Source: Candidatus Micrarchaeota archaeon (GTDB lineage Archaea > Micrarchaeota > Micrarchaeia > Micrarchaeales > CABMGC01). Taken from it: 61,628 bases of DNA. Position numbers and translations under genes: made by a program. The notes under the pieces are model-generated. The model worked only from the letters and a program-made list of their open reading frames with translations. It searched no databases and had not been told where the DNA came from. Shown here piece by piece: positions 28,889-39,183 of the stretch (the stretch's first letter is position 1; each line of letters begins with the position of its first letter). The stretch covers positions 1 through 61,628 of the forward strand of contig JAJZLN010000030.1 in the NCBI GenBank assembly GCA_021803425.1, written 5' to 3'.

Positions 28889-30415
28889 ATGACAGATAGT
28901 GATCTTGTTGCAGAACTGGCAAAGAGGCTTGTGGGGATAGCGATAATCAGCTCGGACATAAATGACGGGGACTTGAATGGAAAGGACATGGAGGCGCTTA
29001 TAGGCAAAATAACTGTTTTTTTTGAGAATGCTGAAAAACCTGCAATATTGACTAGGGAGGTGCTTTTGCTGCTTGAAGGCGCGAAGGATACTAAGAATGA
29101 GATTACGGTGGAAATAGCTGCGCTTCTTGATTTTAGGCCTCTGGCAAAGGAAACGGAAGAAAATTTCATGATACGAAGCGTGCATGGTCAGAAGACCGAT
29201 GGCACAGTTGCGGACTTCACGCGCCATTTCAGCGATAGGCTCGAGCAGGTGAAATCGATGATACAATCGGGCCTGAATAATAACACAGTTGGGATGCTGC
29301 AGGGAATAGAGGATATGAAGAGATTCACCGTTGGAAGGGAGATAGTGATAGCTGGAATGGTCTATGAAAAGTCAATTACAAAGAACGGGCATATTCTTGT
29401 TACTGTGGATGATGAAACAGGACGCGTGAAGGTTCTTTTCGCAAAGCCATCGAGAGAGGTGACGAATAGCGCAGCCGCAACTCTTTTCTCAAGCGCTTAC
29501 AAAATAATTAATGACGAGGTAATAGCGGTAAGGGGGAAGGTGTCTGGAACAGATTTTATAATAGCGAAGTCGCTGATGTATCCCGGCGTGCCTGTGCATC
29601 AGCGCAAAAAAATAGAAGAAGACATATCGATAGGTTTTTTGTCGGATATACATGTGGGGAGCAAGCTATTCATGCAGAAGCAGTTTGACAGGTTTACAGA
29701 ATGGATGAATGGAAAATTCAAATACAGGTCCGATTATGCAGGCAGGATAAAATATGTGGTAGTCAGCGGGGATCTTGTTGATGGCATAGGGGTATATCCG
29801 AACCAGGACAGGGAGCTGGCAATAGATGACATTTACCTGCAATATAAAAAACTGTTTGAGATGCTTGGAAAGATACCGGAATATGTCCACATATTCCTGC
29901 TGACTGGAAACCATGATGCTGTGCAGCGGGCGGAGCCGCAGCCGGAGCTTCCAAGCGAGTTCTGCAAGGATTTTATGCTTGAGAACATGCACCTTGTCTC
30001 GAATCCAGGATATATGACTCTGCATGGCATGCGCATACTCGGGTATCATGGGACATCACTTGATTCCGTAATACAGGGAATACCGGGATGCAGCTATTCG
30101 AGGCCCGAGGAAGCGATGGTTGAGGTGCTGAAAAGAAGGCACCTGTCCCCGATATACGGAGACAACCCGATAGTCCCTTCAAAAAGGGATGAGATGGTGA
30201 TAGACCAGGTGCCGGATATATTGCATATGGGCCATCTTCACAAGAACGGATATTCAGAATATCACGGCACACTGATAGTCAATAGCGGAACATGGCAGTC
30301 CAGAACGTCGTATCAGGTAAGGCTTGGACATATGCCGACACCTGCCGTGTTGCCGGTGTATGAAGCAGGCAGGATGGAGCTTGGGACTGTTGACTTCAAC
30401 AATGTATTCGAGTGA
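28889..30415 (+). CDS. DNA polymerase D small (exonuclease) subunit DP1
   Basis: SDIHVGS, GDLVDGIG, GNHD, HMGHLH phosphoesterase motifs. Confidence 0.93.
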   Translation: MTDSDLVAELAKRLVGIAIISSDINDGDLNGKDMEALIGKITVFFENAEKPAILTREVLLLLEGAKDTKNEITVEIAALLDFRPLAKETEENFMIRSVHGQKTDGTVADFTRHFSDRLEQVKSMIQSGLNNNTVGMLQGIEDMKRFTVGREIVIAGMVYEKSITKNGHILVTVDDETGRVKVLFAKPSREVTNSAAATLFSSAYKIINDEVIAVRGKVSGTDFIIAKSLMYPGVPVHQRKKIEEDISIGFLSDIHVGSKLFMQKQFDRFTEWMNGKFKYRSDYAGRIKYVVVSGDLVDGIGVYPNQDRELAIDDIYLQYKKLFEMLGKIPEYVHIFLLTGNHDAVQRAEPQPELPSEFCKDFMLENMHLVSNPGYMTLHGMRILGYHGTSLDSVIQGIPGCSYSRPEEAMVEVLKRRHLSPIYGDNPIVPSKRDEMVIDQVPDILHMGHLHKNGYSEYHGTLIVNSGTWQSRTSYQVRLGHMPTPAVLPVYEAGRMELGTVDFNNVFE

Positions 30416-30419
30416 TTTT

Positions 30420-33400
30420 ATGGCGATAAAAGAATATTTTGATACGCTTTCCTTGGAATTCAACAAGGCGTACGGAGTTGCAAAGGAGGCAAGATTGAAG
30501 GGATTTGACCCTAAAGAAATAGTAGAGATATATCCTGCCCCAGACCTTGCCAGCAGGGTTGAAGGGCTTATAGGCATTGAGGGCCTGGCCGAAATAATAA
30601 GGACGCTAGCAAAAGGGCAATCCAGAAGCAAGCTTGCATTCAATGTAGTGGAGGAGATATGCAAGGATCCAAGGTTTGATACATATGAGCTAATAAAAAG
30701 AATAGAACTTGCAGTGCGGGTAGGCGCGGCAATACTTACCGAGGGGGTTCTCGTAGCTCCCACAGAAGGGATAACGGGCATCAAAAGATACAAAAATTAT
30801 GACGGCACAGACTATATAGCCGTACTCTATGCCGGTCCAATAAGGGGCGCAGGAGGGACATCGGCGGCACTGTCCGTGGCGCTGGCGGATTATGCGAGAA
30901 GGATATTCGGTATTGGAAGATACAAGCCGACCATGGATGAAGTGGAAAGATATGTTGAGGAGGCTGAACTGTACCATACAAGAGCCGCAAGGCTGCAGTA
31001 TAAACCATCGGATGACGACTTAAGGACCATAGTGAATAATTGCCCTGTATGCGTTGATGGGGTATCTACCGAAAACCTCGAAGTGGGAGTGCATGCCAAC
31101 ATAAAAAGAATTACTTACGAAGGAAAAGAGGTAATGATACCAAATAGGGTAAGAGGAGGGGTACCTTTGGTTCTATGCGAAGGAATAGCCCAGAAGGCGA
31201 AGAAGCTGATGAAGGAGGTGAAGCCTTTCGGGCTTGAATGGGACTGGCTCGGCAATATCATAAAGATAGACATAAAGAAATCGGAAAGTGAGAAACAGTC
31301 GTCTACATTTCTTGATGAACTCGTTGCAGGCAGGCCGATACTGGCTTATCCTGATTTTATCGGAGGCTTCAGGCTTAGATATGGAAGAAGCAGGATGACG
31401 GGCATAGCAAGCAAGGGCTTCAACCCTGCAACGATGATACTTACACTGGGATTCATAGCAGTAGGAACGCAGTTAAAGGTAGAATTTCCGGGAAAAGGAT
31501 GCATTGCAGTTCCTGTTGATTCCATAGAAGGGCCTTTTGTCAGGCTGAAATCCGGAGAGGCTTTGAGGATAAACGACGCGGAAAGCGCAATTAAGTACAA
31601 GGAGGATATAGAAAGCATAATCTCGATAGGGGACATGCTCGTGACTTTCGGTGATTTCAGGAAGTCGAACTCGCAGCTCAAGCCGACCAGCTATGTTGAA
31701 GAATATTGGGAAGGCCAGCTTGCAAAATCAGGATTCCAGGGTCACGTGGACAACGCAAAGATAGGATTTGATGAATCTTACAGGCTTTCTTTGGAATATG
31801 GCGTGCCGATACACCCAAAGTTTCTTTTTGAATTCCAGGCGGTAAGCGGAGGCATGATACGCAACCTTGCAATGCACATAATACGCAATTCCGAATTTTC
31901 CGGGGAGGGCATATACGACATGAGCGACATGAGGATAGGTAATGACAAGGAAATAAAGAGGACCCTGGAGCTGCTTAATGTCCCCCATAGGATTGAGGAG
32001 GGCAGGATATTTATAAAGAGCGATTTTGCAAAGAGCCTTGTCGCCTCGTTGGGGTTTGTGGATACTGACAAAATTAAGCTTAAGGTAAATGAGCTGGTGA
32101 CGGACGGATATGACACATCGGTAAATGACGCATTATCGCTGCTTGGCAAAGTTTCCGCATTCCAAATACCGAAAAGATCCACTTATATCGGGGCAAGGAT
32201 AGGAAGGCCGGAAAAAGCGAAGGAGAGGCTTATGAAACCGGCCCTGAATGTCCTATTTCCTGTTGGCTCATTCGGAGGAAGGGACAGAAACATAACCTCT
32301 GCATATACTTCACAGTCAAGAAAATTCAGGAGCGACATAAGTGTGGAAATAGCGCGGTACAGGTGCAGGAACTGCAAAAGAATAATGCCGGCCCAATTCT
32401 GTTACGACTGTGAAATGCGCACAGCGGTTGAAAGATCTTGCACAAACTGCGGTTCGCTGTCCGATACATTTATTTGCGGAAAGTGCGGATCCGGGACGGT
32501 GGGATATGAAATCAGGGGCATAGACATTGAAAAAATAGCGTCAATGGCAATGAAAAAGACGGGATTGGGGACGCTTCCTAAAGTCATAAAGGGGGTAAAA
32601 GGAATGATGAACAGGGACAAGGTCGTAGAGCCCCTGGAAAAAGGAATACTGCGGACCATTAACGGCGTATATATATTCAAAGACGGGACCGCGAGGTTTG
32701 ACGCTACAGACGTCCCGATAACGCATTTCTATCCGAATGAAATTGGCGTAAGCGTGGAAAAGCTCAGAGAGCTTGGATATGATAAGGATTGCCTTGGCAA
32801 TGACCTATGCGACGGTGAACAGCTTGTTGAACTAAAGCATCAGGACGTGCTTATCAACAGGCATGGGGCGGAATACATGCTGAAGATAACACACTTCGTA
32901 GATGCAGAGCTGGAGAAGATTTATGGATTGAAACCTTTCTACAACGCAGCAACCATAACAGATTTGGTTGGAAAGCTCACTATAAGCCTTTCGCCGCACA
33001 CGTCATGTGGGGTGCTCAACAGGATAATAGGCTTTACTGAGGCGTATGTGGGATTCGCCCACCCTTATACAATATCGGCAAGGAGAAGAAACTGCGACGG
33101 AGATGAGGATACCACGATGCTGCTTCTCGATGCGCTCATAAACTTTTCTAGGGAATTCCTTCCGCAGAGTGTCGGAGGAACGATGGATACGCCGCTGATA
33201 CTTACGGTCAACCTTGATCCGCGCGAAGTTGATGATGAAGTACATGCAATGGAAACAGTAAGCAGATACCCCATGGAATTTTATGAGAAGACGCTTGCAT
33301 GCGCATCTCCAGGAGAAGTGAAGATTGAGTGTGTTGAAGACCGCCTTGGAACCGAAGAGGCATTCAGAGGCATAATGTTCACGCACGGAATATCATCAAC

Positions 33401-33869
33401 AACGGTGAGAAGCTCCCCAAAGAGATCCACATACACTACGCTGAAGACCATGAATGAAAAAGTGGAGGCGGAATTCAGGCTGATGAGCATGCTTGAATGC
33501 GTGGACATACGCGACGCGGCGAGGAAGGTGATAACAAGCCATTTCATGAGGGACCTCATAGGCAACATGCATTCCTTCTCAAATCAGCAGTTCAGGTGTT
33601 CGGTGTGCAATGCTAAGTACAGAAGAGTGCCGATTGCAGGAGTATGCGCAAAGGAAGGAGGAAAGCTGCTTCTTACAATATCAAAGGGCAGCATAGAAAA
33701 ATACCTGGATGTTGCAACGGGGCTTGCTGACAGATACGGCCTGGACAATTATATAAAGCAGAGGCTATACCTTATTAAAATGGAAATAGACGGAGTATTC
33801 AGCGGAACGGTGAATGATGAAAACATGAATTCGGAGAACCAGCAGTTCAGCTTGATGAAATTTATGTAG
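30420..33869 (+). CDS. DNA polymerase D large subunit DP2
   Basis: AGPIRGAGG, GGFRLRYGR, RIGRPEKA, RRNCDGDED and Zn fingers; no intein seen. Confidence 0.95.
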   Translation: MAIKEYFDTLSLEFNKAYGVAKEARLKGFDPKEIVEIYPAPDLASRVEGLIGIEGLAEIIRTLAKGQSRSKLAFNVVEEICKDPRFDTYELIKRIELAVRVGAAILTEGVLVAPTEGITGIKRYKNYDGTDYIAVLYAGPIRGAGGTSAALSVALADYARRIFGIGRYKPTMDEVERYVEEAELYHTRAARLQYKPSDDDLRTIVNNCPVCVDGVSTENLEVGVHANIKRITYEGKEVMIPNRVRGGVPLVLCEGIAQKAKKLMKEVKPFGLEWDWLGNIIKIDIKKSESEKQSSTFLDELVAGRPILAYPDFIGGFRLRYGRSRMTGIASKGFNPATMILTLGFIAVGTQLKVEFPGKGCIAVPVDSIEGPFVRLKSGEALRINDAESAIKYKEDIESIISIGDMLVTFGDFRKSNSQLKPTSYVEEYWEGQLAKSGFQGHVDNAKIGFDESYRLSLEYGVPIHPKFLFEFQAVSGGMIRNLAMHIIRNSEFSGEGIYDMSDMRIGNDKEIKRTLELLNVPHRIEEGRIFIKSDFAKSLVASLGFVDTDKIKLKVNELVTDGYDTSVNDALSLLGKVSAFQIPKRSTYIGARIGRPEKAKERLMKPALNVLFPVGSFGGRDRNITSAYTSQSRKFRSDISVEIARYRCRNCKRIMPAQFCYDCEMRTAVERSCTNCGSLSDTFICGKCGSGTVGYEIRGIDIEKIASMAMKKTGLGTLPKVIKGVKGMMNRDKVVEPLEKGILRTINGVYIFKDGTARFDATDVPITHFYPNEIGVSVEKLRELGYDKDCLGNDLCDGEQLVELKHQDVLINRHGAEYMLKITHFVDAELEKIYGLKPFYNAATITDLVGKLTISLSPHTSCGVLNRIIGFTEAYVGFAHPYTISARRRNCDGDEDTTMLLLDALINFSREFLPQSVGGTMDTPLILTVNLDPREVDDEVHAMETVSRYPMEFYEKTLACASPGEVKIECVEDRLGTEEAFRGIMFTHGISSTTVRSSPKRSTYTTLKTMNEKVEAEFRLMSMLECVDIRDAARKVITSHFMRDLIGNMHSFSNQQFRCSVCNAKYRRVPIAGVCAKEGGKLLLTISKGSIEKYLDVATGLADRYGLDNYIKQRLYLIKMEIDGVFSGTVNDENMNSENQQFSLMKFM

Positions 33870-33878
33870 TTGAAAGCA

Positions 33879-34349
33879 ATGGATGTGATAGTTGGAGGCA
33901 CGTTTGGATATTTGCATTCAGGACACAAGGCACTGCTTAAAAAGGCGTTTGAGATAGGAGATTTTGTGTGCATCGGGCTTACCACGGACAGATACGTGAA
34001 AATGAATAAGAATGCGGATATACCTGTTTACACCGAGAGAAAAAGGATTCTGGAGGATTTTGCAAGAAGGCAAGGTAAAGGATTTGAAATCGTGCCGATC
34101 GATGATGGATTCGGACCTTCAATCACTGGAAAGTTTGATGCAGTGGTGGTAAGCGAGGGCACCATAAAGGGCGCGCTTGAGATAAACAGGATTAGAAAGG
34201 AAAGGAGGCTCGAAGAACTGGAGATAATCAAGATAGGCTATGTAATGGCGGATGATTCGATTCCAATATCCACATCGCGCATAATCCGCAAGGAGATAAC
34301 TGCGGAAGGGAGGCTCATTGCAAGAAAGCGGAGGAAGAGCATGGCCTGA
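33879..34349 (+). CDS. coaD: Phosphopantetheine adenylyltransferase (archaeal type)
   Basis: GGTFGYLHSGH, VVSE, ISTSRI. Confidence 0.88.
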   Translation: MDVIVGGTFGYLHSGHKALLKKAFEIGDFVCIGLTTDRYVKMNKNADIPVYTERKRILEDFARRQGKGFEIVPIDDGFGPSITGKFDAVVVSEGTIKGALEINRIRKERRLEELEIIKIGYVMADDSIPISTSRIIRKEITAEGRLIARKRRKSMA

Positions 34350-34453
34350 AGCAAATATAGAAGATTTTTATTTATTTTGTATATTTTATTGAAATTTCAA
34401 CTTTTTATTGAAAAAAACAAATATTTATATATTAGTTTGACTATAATTGCATC

Positions 34454-34882
34454 ATGGTTTTGGAAGAAAAGATTGTATTAAAGACCATGAATAGGCCGAG
34501 CAAGGAAAGCGTTGACAAGTTATCGGAATGGTTCTGCCAGGTGCTTGGCCTCGGAAGCAAGGACAATGAGCTTGAGCCCGAAATACTCAAGGCAGTAATA
34601 AGCGGAAGCGTTGTAGGAAATGGGATTACAAGCAAGGACCTGAACACGGAGCTTGAAATCCCGAGAAGCACGGTAATATACCATCTTAACAGATTCATAT
34701 GTTCAGGGATAGTTGTAAGAAAAGGGAGGAAATATTATCTTAGGTCTGAAGACATGAAAGGCACGATTGAGGAGCTCCAGGCGGACATGGAAAGGGAGTT
34801 TGTGCGCATGATGGAATTCGCGGACAAGATGGACAAATTGCTTGAAGATGATTTTCATGGGAGAAAAAGATCCAAAAGATGA
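34454..34882 (+). CDS. Winged-helix (ArsR-like) putative regulator at the head of the chaperone operon
   Basis: ITSKDLNTELEIPRSTVIYHLNRFICSGIV HTH; overlaps grpE. Confidence 0.75.
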   Translation: MVLEEKIVLKTMNRPSKESVDKLSEWFCQVLGLGSKDNELEPEILKAVISGSVVGNGITSKDLNTELEIPRSTVIYHLNRFICSGIVVRKGRKYYLRSEDMKGTIEELQADMEREFVRMMEFADKMDKLLEDDFHGRKRSKR

Positions 34883-35378
34883 AACCAAAAAGAACACGGA
34901 AAGGGAAGGAGGCGAGGGAGCAGGAATTTCCGCTGAAGCTGCTGCAGAAAAAGAATGCGCAGAGACCAAGGACAGGCTCCTCAGGATGGCTGCGGAGTTT
35001 GACAATTACAAGAAGAGGGTTGCAAAAGACATAGATATTTCAAAAGACTCCGGAAAGGCGGAGGTGATTGCGCGCCTCCTCCCAACGATAGATGAATTCG
35101 AGCTTGCGCTGGGGTCTTCGGATGAGAAGGATGAACATATGAAGGGGATGGCACTGGTGTTTTCCAACCTGATTTCGTCGCTGAAACAGTTTGGACTAAG
35201 TGAGATAGATGCAAAGGGGAAGTTTGACCCGTATAAGCATGAGATAGTACTTACAAGAAAAGGGAGTGGAAAGGAGGATGGAGTGATAGTTGAAGTGGTA
35301 AGAAAAGGTTATATGATGAATAATATAATGCTTAGGCCTGCATCCGTAATAATAGCAAAATCGGATGCCGAAGGCTGA
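34857..35378 (+). CDS. grpE: Nucleotide exchange factor GrpE
   Basis: [30 protein letters not shown]. Confidence 0.93.
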   Translation: MGEKDPKDETKKNTEREGGEGAGISAEAAAEKECAETKDRLLRMAAEFDNYKKRVAKDIDISKDSGKAEVIARLLPTIDEFELALGSSDEKDEHMKGMALVFSNLISSLKQFGLSEIDAKGKFDPYKHEIVLTRKGSGKEDGVIVEVVRKGYMMNNIMLRPASVIIAKSDAEG

Positions 35379-35398
35379 AAAATAAAAAAGTTGGTAAT

Positions 35399-37228
35399 AT
35401 GAAAATAATAGGAATAGATCTTGGAACTTCGAATTCTGCTGCAGCTGTGCTTGAGGGAGGAAGGCCGGTCCTTATACCAAGTGCGGAGGGGACCTCGCTT
35501 TATGGAAAGTCTTTTCCAAGCTACGTTGCCTTCACTAAAGAAGGAGACAGGATTATGGGAGAACCCGCAAAGAGGCAGGCGGTGGCCAACCCTGAAGGCA
35601 CGGTGAATGCCTTCAAGAGAAAGATAGGCACCGACTTCAAATATAAGATTTGGGGAAAAGATTACACGCCACAGGAACTGTCTGCAATGCTTCTGCAGAA
35701 GATAAAAAAGGATGCTGAAGCGTTCCTGGGCGAGGAGGTTAAGAAGGCCGTGATAACAGTGCCTGCATATTTTGATGACAATCAAAGGCAAGCCACGAAA
35801 GATGCAGGTGAGATAGCCGGACTTGAAGTTGTGAGGCTTGTGAATGAGCCCACCGCAGCGGCGCTTGCGTACGGAATTGACAAATTGAGCAAGGATATGA
35901 AGATATTAGTATACGACTTTGGAGGCGGCACGCTTGACGTTACTATAATGGAATTTGGAAACGGCGTGTTTGAAGTGAAGTCAACGAACGGGGATACGCA
36001 TCTCGGAGGCACGGACATGGATAATGCAATAGTAAGCTTCCTTCTTGAGGAAATAAAAAAGACGACAGGCATAGACGTCTCAAAGGACAGGCAGGCGATG
36101 CAGAGGATAAGCGAGGCTGGAGAAAAATCCAAGATAGAGCTTTCTACGACGCTGGGAAGCGAAATAAACCTACCTTTCCTGACCATGGGGCCGGGAAACT
36201 CACCAGTGCATTTCACATATAAGCTCACTAGGGCGAAGCTTGAGGAGATAGTGGTGCCCATAGTAGAAAAAACCACAAAGCCGGTGATGCAGGCGCTAAA
36301 AGACGCGCATCTTGAGCCGAACCAGATAGACAAGGTAATAATAGTTGGAGGACCTACGAGGATGCCAATAGTGCAGAGATACGTGGAGCAGCTTCTTGGA
36401 AAGAAAATTGAACGTGGAGTCGACCCGATGGAAGCCGTGGCTTTCGGAGCCGCGATACAGGCAGGGGTGCTTACCGGAGAGATAAAGGATATAGTATTGC
36501 TGGATGTGACTCCGCTTTCCCTGGGAATAGAAACTCTTGGAGGGGTAATGACCAAGATCATAGAGAAGAATACCACAATACCGATAAAAAAGACGCAGAC
36601 CTTTACTACGGCTGAAGACAACCAGCCTGCAGTGGATATCCATATCCTGCAGGGAGAGAGGACGATGTCAAAGGACAACATAGAGCTTGGAAAATTTGGG
36701 CTTACAGGAATACCGCCTGCACCGAGGGGCGTGCCGCAGATAGAGGTCTCGTTTGACATAGACGCAAATGGGATACTTCACGTTAGCGCAAAGGACAAGG
36801 CGTCGGGAAAGGAGCAGACCATGAAAGTCGTGGCCCCGAACAAGATGAGCAGAGATGAAATAGAAAAACGTATCAAGGAAGCTGAAAAGTTCGCCGAGGA
36901 GGACAAGATGAAGTTTGAGAGTTCGCAGGCGAGGAACGAGGCCGAAAGCATAGTCTACACTACAAACAAAAGCCTCAAGGAATTCAAGGATAAAATGCCT
37001 AAGGAAGTGTATGAAAAGGTTGAAGCTGCAAAGAAGGAGGTTGAAGAATCCCTTAAAGGAGATAATTACAGCGACATAAAAAGCGCTGTGGAGAAGCTGA
37101 AGGAAACGCTGCAGGAAATAGGATCGAGCATGTATGGAAAGGGAGGGGCGGAAGGAACCGGAGGGGGCGGAGATGCAGGGACCGAAAGCGGACAACCGGA
37201 CGGAAACGCAGAAGGGGGCGGAACGTGA
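35399..37228 (+). CDS. dnaK: Hsp70 chaperone DnaK
   Basis: [25 protein letters not shown]. Confidence 0.97.
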   Translation: MKIIGIDLGTSNSAAAVLEGGRPVLIPSAEGTSLYGKSFPSYVAFTKEGDRIMGEPAKRQAVANPEGTVNAFKRKIGTDFKYKIWGKDYTPQELSAMLLQKIKKDAEAFLGEEVKKAVITVPAYFDDNQRQATKDAGEIAGLEVVRLVNEPTAAALAYGIDKLSKDMKILVYDFGGGTLDVTIMEFGNGVFEVKSTNGDTHLGGTDMDNAIVSFLLEEIKKTTGIDVSKDRQAMQRISEAGEKSKIELSTTLGSEINLPFLTMGPGNSPVHFTYKLTRAKLEEIVVPIVEKTTKPVMQALKDAHLEPNQIDKVIIVGGPTRMPIVQRYVEQLLGKKIERGVDPMEAVAFGAAIQAGVLTGEIKDIVLLDVTPLSLGIETLGGVMTKIIEKNTTIPIKKTQTFTTAEDNQPAVDIHILQGERTMSKDNIELGKFGLTGIPPAPRGVPQIEVSFDIDANGILHVSAKDKASGKEQTMKVVAPNKMSRDEIEKRIKEAEKFAEEDKMKFESSQARNEAESIVYTTNKSLKEFKDKMPKEVYEKVEAAKKEVEESLKGDNYSDIKSAVEKLKETLQEIGSSMYGKGGAEGTGGGGDAGTESGQPDGNAEGGGT

Positions 37229-37248
37229 ACTGAGATGTAGTTGATTTT

Positions 37249-37992
37249 CTGGCAAAAGATTATTACAGTTTATTGGGAGTGGGAAAAAACGCCAGTCAGG
37301 ACGAGATAAAGAGGGCTTACAGGGAGCTTGCCATGAAATACCACCCCGACAGGAACAAGGACAAGGATGCGGAAGCGAAATTCAAGGAGATAAACGAGGC
37401 TTACGCTGTGCTCGGGGACGAGCAGAAAAGGAAGCAGTATGATACATACGGGCCTTCGGGATTCGGGCAGAGGTTCAGCGAAGAGGATATATTCAAAGGA
37501 TTTAATTTTGAGGATATATTCAAGCAGATGCAGGATAATGTCTTCGGATTCTCCGGCATGGGCGGCCAGTTCGGGGACATGTTCAACGAAGCCGAACAGA
37601 CAGGAGTGAACATAAACCTGCAGTTCAGCGACATGGAGAAGGGGTTTGACAGAACGTTTGAGGTGAAGCACTACAAGACATGCAGCAATTGCAGGGGCAG
37701 CGGAGGAGAGCCTGGATCAAGGCAGATTAAATGTGAATCATGCAACGGGACCGGAAGAAGGAGGATGCAGCAAAACTCGATACTTGGAAGATTTGAGATG
37801 ATAACGACATGCAACAGGTGCAGCGGAAGGGGCAAAATATTCGAATCGGCTTGCAAGGTGTGCAGGGGGCACGGAAGGGTAATTGCTACGGAAAAATTCA
37901 GAATAAGGGCGGAGAGCGTGGATTCCGCTGATAAAGAAGAAAAGGACGGAAATGCTTCAGGAGGGGGGAGAAAAAGATTCGGATTCATGTAG
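37249..37992 (+). CDS. dnaJ: DnaJ (J domain, G/F region, four CxxCxGxG), lacking the C-terminal domain; apparent CTG start
   Basis: CTG GCA AAA GAT TAT TAC = (M)AKDYY; HPD motif; in-frame TGA at 37231. Confidence 0.88.
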   Translation: MAKDYYSLLGVGKNASQDEIKRAYRELAMKYHPDRNKDKDAEAKFKEINEAYAVLGDEQKRKQYDTYGPSGFGQRFSEEDIFKGFNFEDIFKQMQDNVFGFSGMGGQFGDMFNEAEQTGVNINLQFSDMEKGFDRTFEVKHYKTCSNCRGSGGEPGSRQIKCESCNGTGRRRMQQNSILGRFEMITTCNRCSGRGKIFESACKVCRGHGRVIATEKFRIRAESVDSADKEEKDGNASGGGRKRFGFM

Positions 37993-37994
37993 AT

Positions 37995-38522
37995 TCATGA
38001 ATACTGAGTGCTGAATGACGCTATCTCCTGCGTATATGAAAGCCCGGACGAAGGCAAAGTATAATTAAGCCACATAAACCCGGAGAATACGGTTCCTGGA
38101 GAACCCTTCGCAATTGCGCCGCCCCTATAGCAATATATATAAAATATGTAGGAAGAACCGCTGTATATTATGTTGCCCGGAGGGAATAGTGGCTTTGCTG
38201 GATAGAATGTGGACAACGAATTTGTGTCTATATTTCCGTAGCGCGGCGCGTCTTGGCTGGATCCCTGCTGGTCTGCGCAGGAGGCTCCATTTATTATTAT
38301 TTGCTGGCCGAGTGCCTGCGAAAATTTTGCGGTGAGAATGCCAGTGCTGTTTATTGATATGTAATTACAGCTGAAGCCGGGCGAAGAGGCGCAGAAGTTG
38401 GAGGGCTGCGGCCTGAATGCAATAAGAGCTATCGAAGCCAGGGCTACGGTTATAACAATAATGGCAAGCCCGTATGACATAAGAAAATCTAAAGCCGATT
38501 GCTGCTTCAGGTTGCTGCGCAA
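37995..38522 (-). CDS. Class III signal-peptide pilin-like protein
   Basis: KQQSALDFLMSYGLAIIVI, CASSPGFSC; TTG start abuts the rps2 stop. Confidence 0.8.
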   Translation of the reverse strand: MRSNLKQQSALDFLMSYGLAIIVITVALASIALIAFRPQPSNFCASSPGFSCNYISINSTGILTAKFSQALGQQIIINGASCADQQGSSQDAPRYGNIDTNSLSTFYPAKPLFPPGNIIYSGSSYIFYIYCYRGGAIAKGSPGTVFSGFMWLNYTLPSSGLSYTQEIASFSTQYS

Positions 38523-39137
38523 TTATTTCGCCTTTATCTCGACCTTAGCCTCAAAGTCAGAGATCTTGTAGTTAAACTCTTCGTTGGATTTTATTAAGCC
38601 TTTCGCTTTGAGGAACTCCCTGGCCAGCAGGAAATACATGAGCGCAAGCGATCTTCTCCCTTTGTTGTTGCAGGGGACGACGAGATCTACGAATTTTATC
38701 CAGTTGTCGGTATCGGACAGAGCTATTATAGGTATGCTGGTCTTGCTTGCCTCCTTTATGGCTTGGCGCTCGTTCCTTGTATCACTCAACAGCATTATCA
38801 TGGGTTCTGAATAATCCTCCCTGTTGGGGTTTGTGAATACTCCGGGAGTGACTCTCCCTACCATAAGCTTTGTGTTGGTTATCTCGGCAAATTTTGTTGC
38901 AGCGGATATTGCGTATATCCTGGATGCAGTTACCACTATATCCTTTGATTCATACTCTGAAAGGAGCTTTGCAGCAAGCCTTATCTTCTGGTCTATTGTG
39001 TTGAGATCCAGGAGGTAAAGCCCGTCTTCCCTTATCTTGAATATGTACCTTTTCATCCCTGGGGTCTTTATCTTGGTGCCTATGTGTATCCCGGCTTCAA
39101 GATATGTCGCCTGATCGATAAGCAGCTCGTTTGTCAT
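38523..39137 (-). CDS. rps2: 30S ribosomal protein S2
   Basis: YLEAGIHIGTK, PCNNKGRRSL. Confidence 0.95.
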   Translation of the reverse strand: MTNELLIDQATYLEAGIHIGTKIKTPGMKRYIFKIREDGLYLLDLNTIDQKIRLAAKLLSEYESKDIVVTASRIYAISAATKFAEITNTKLMVGRVTPGVFTNPNREDYSEPMIMLLSDTRNERQAIKEASKTSIPIIALSDTDNWIKFVDLVVPCNNKGRRSLALMYFLLAREFLKAKGLIKSNEEFNYKISDFEAKVEIKAK

Positions 39138-39183
39138 CTTTTCACTTTTTTAATATTTTTGTCATCAATATATTATTGAAATT

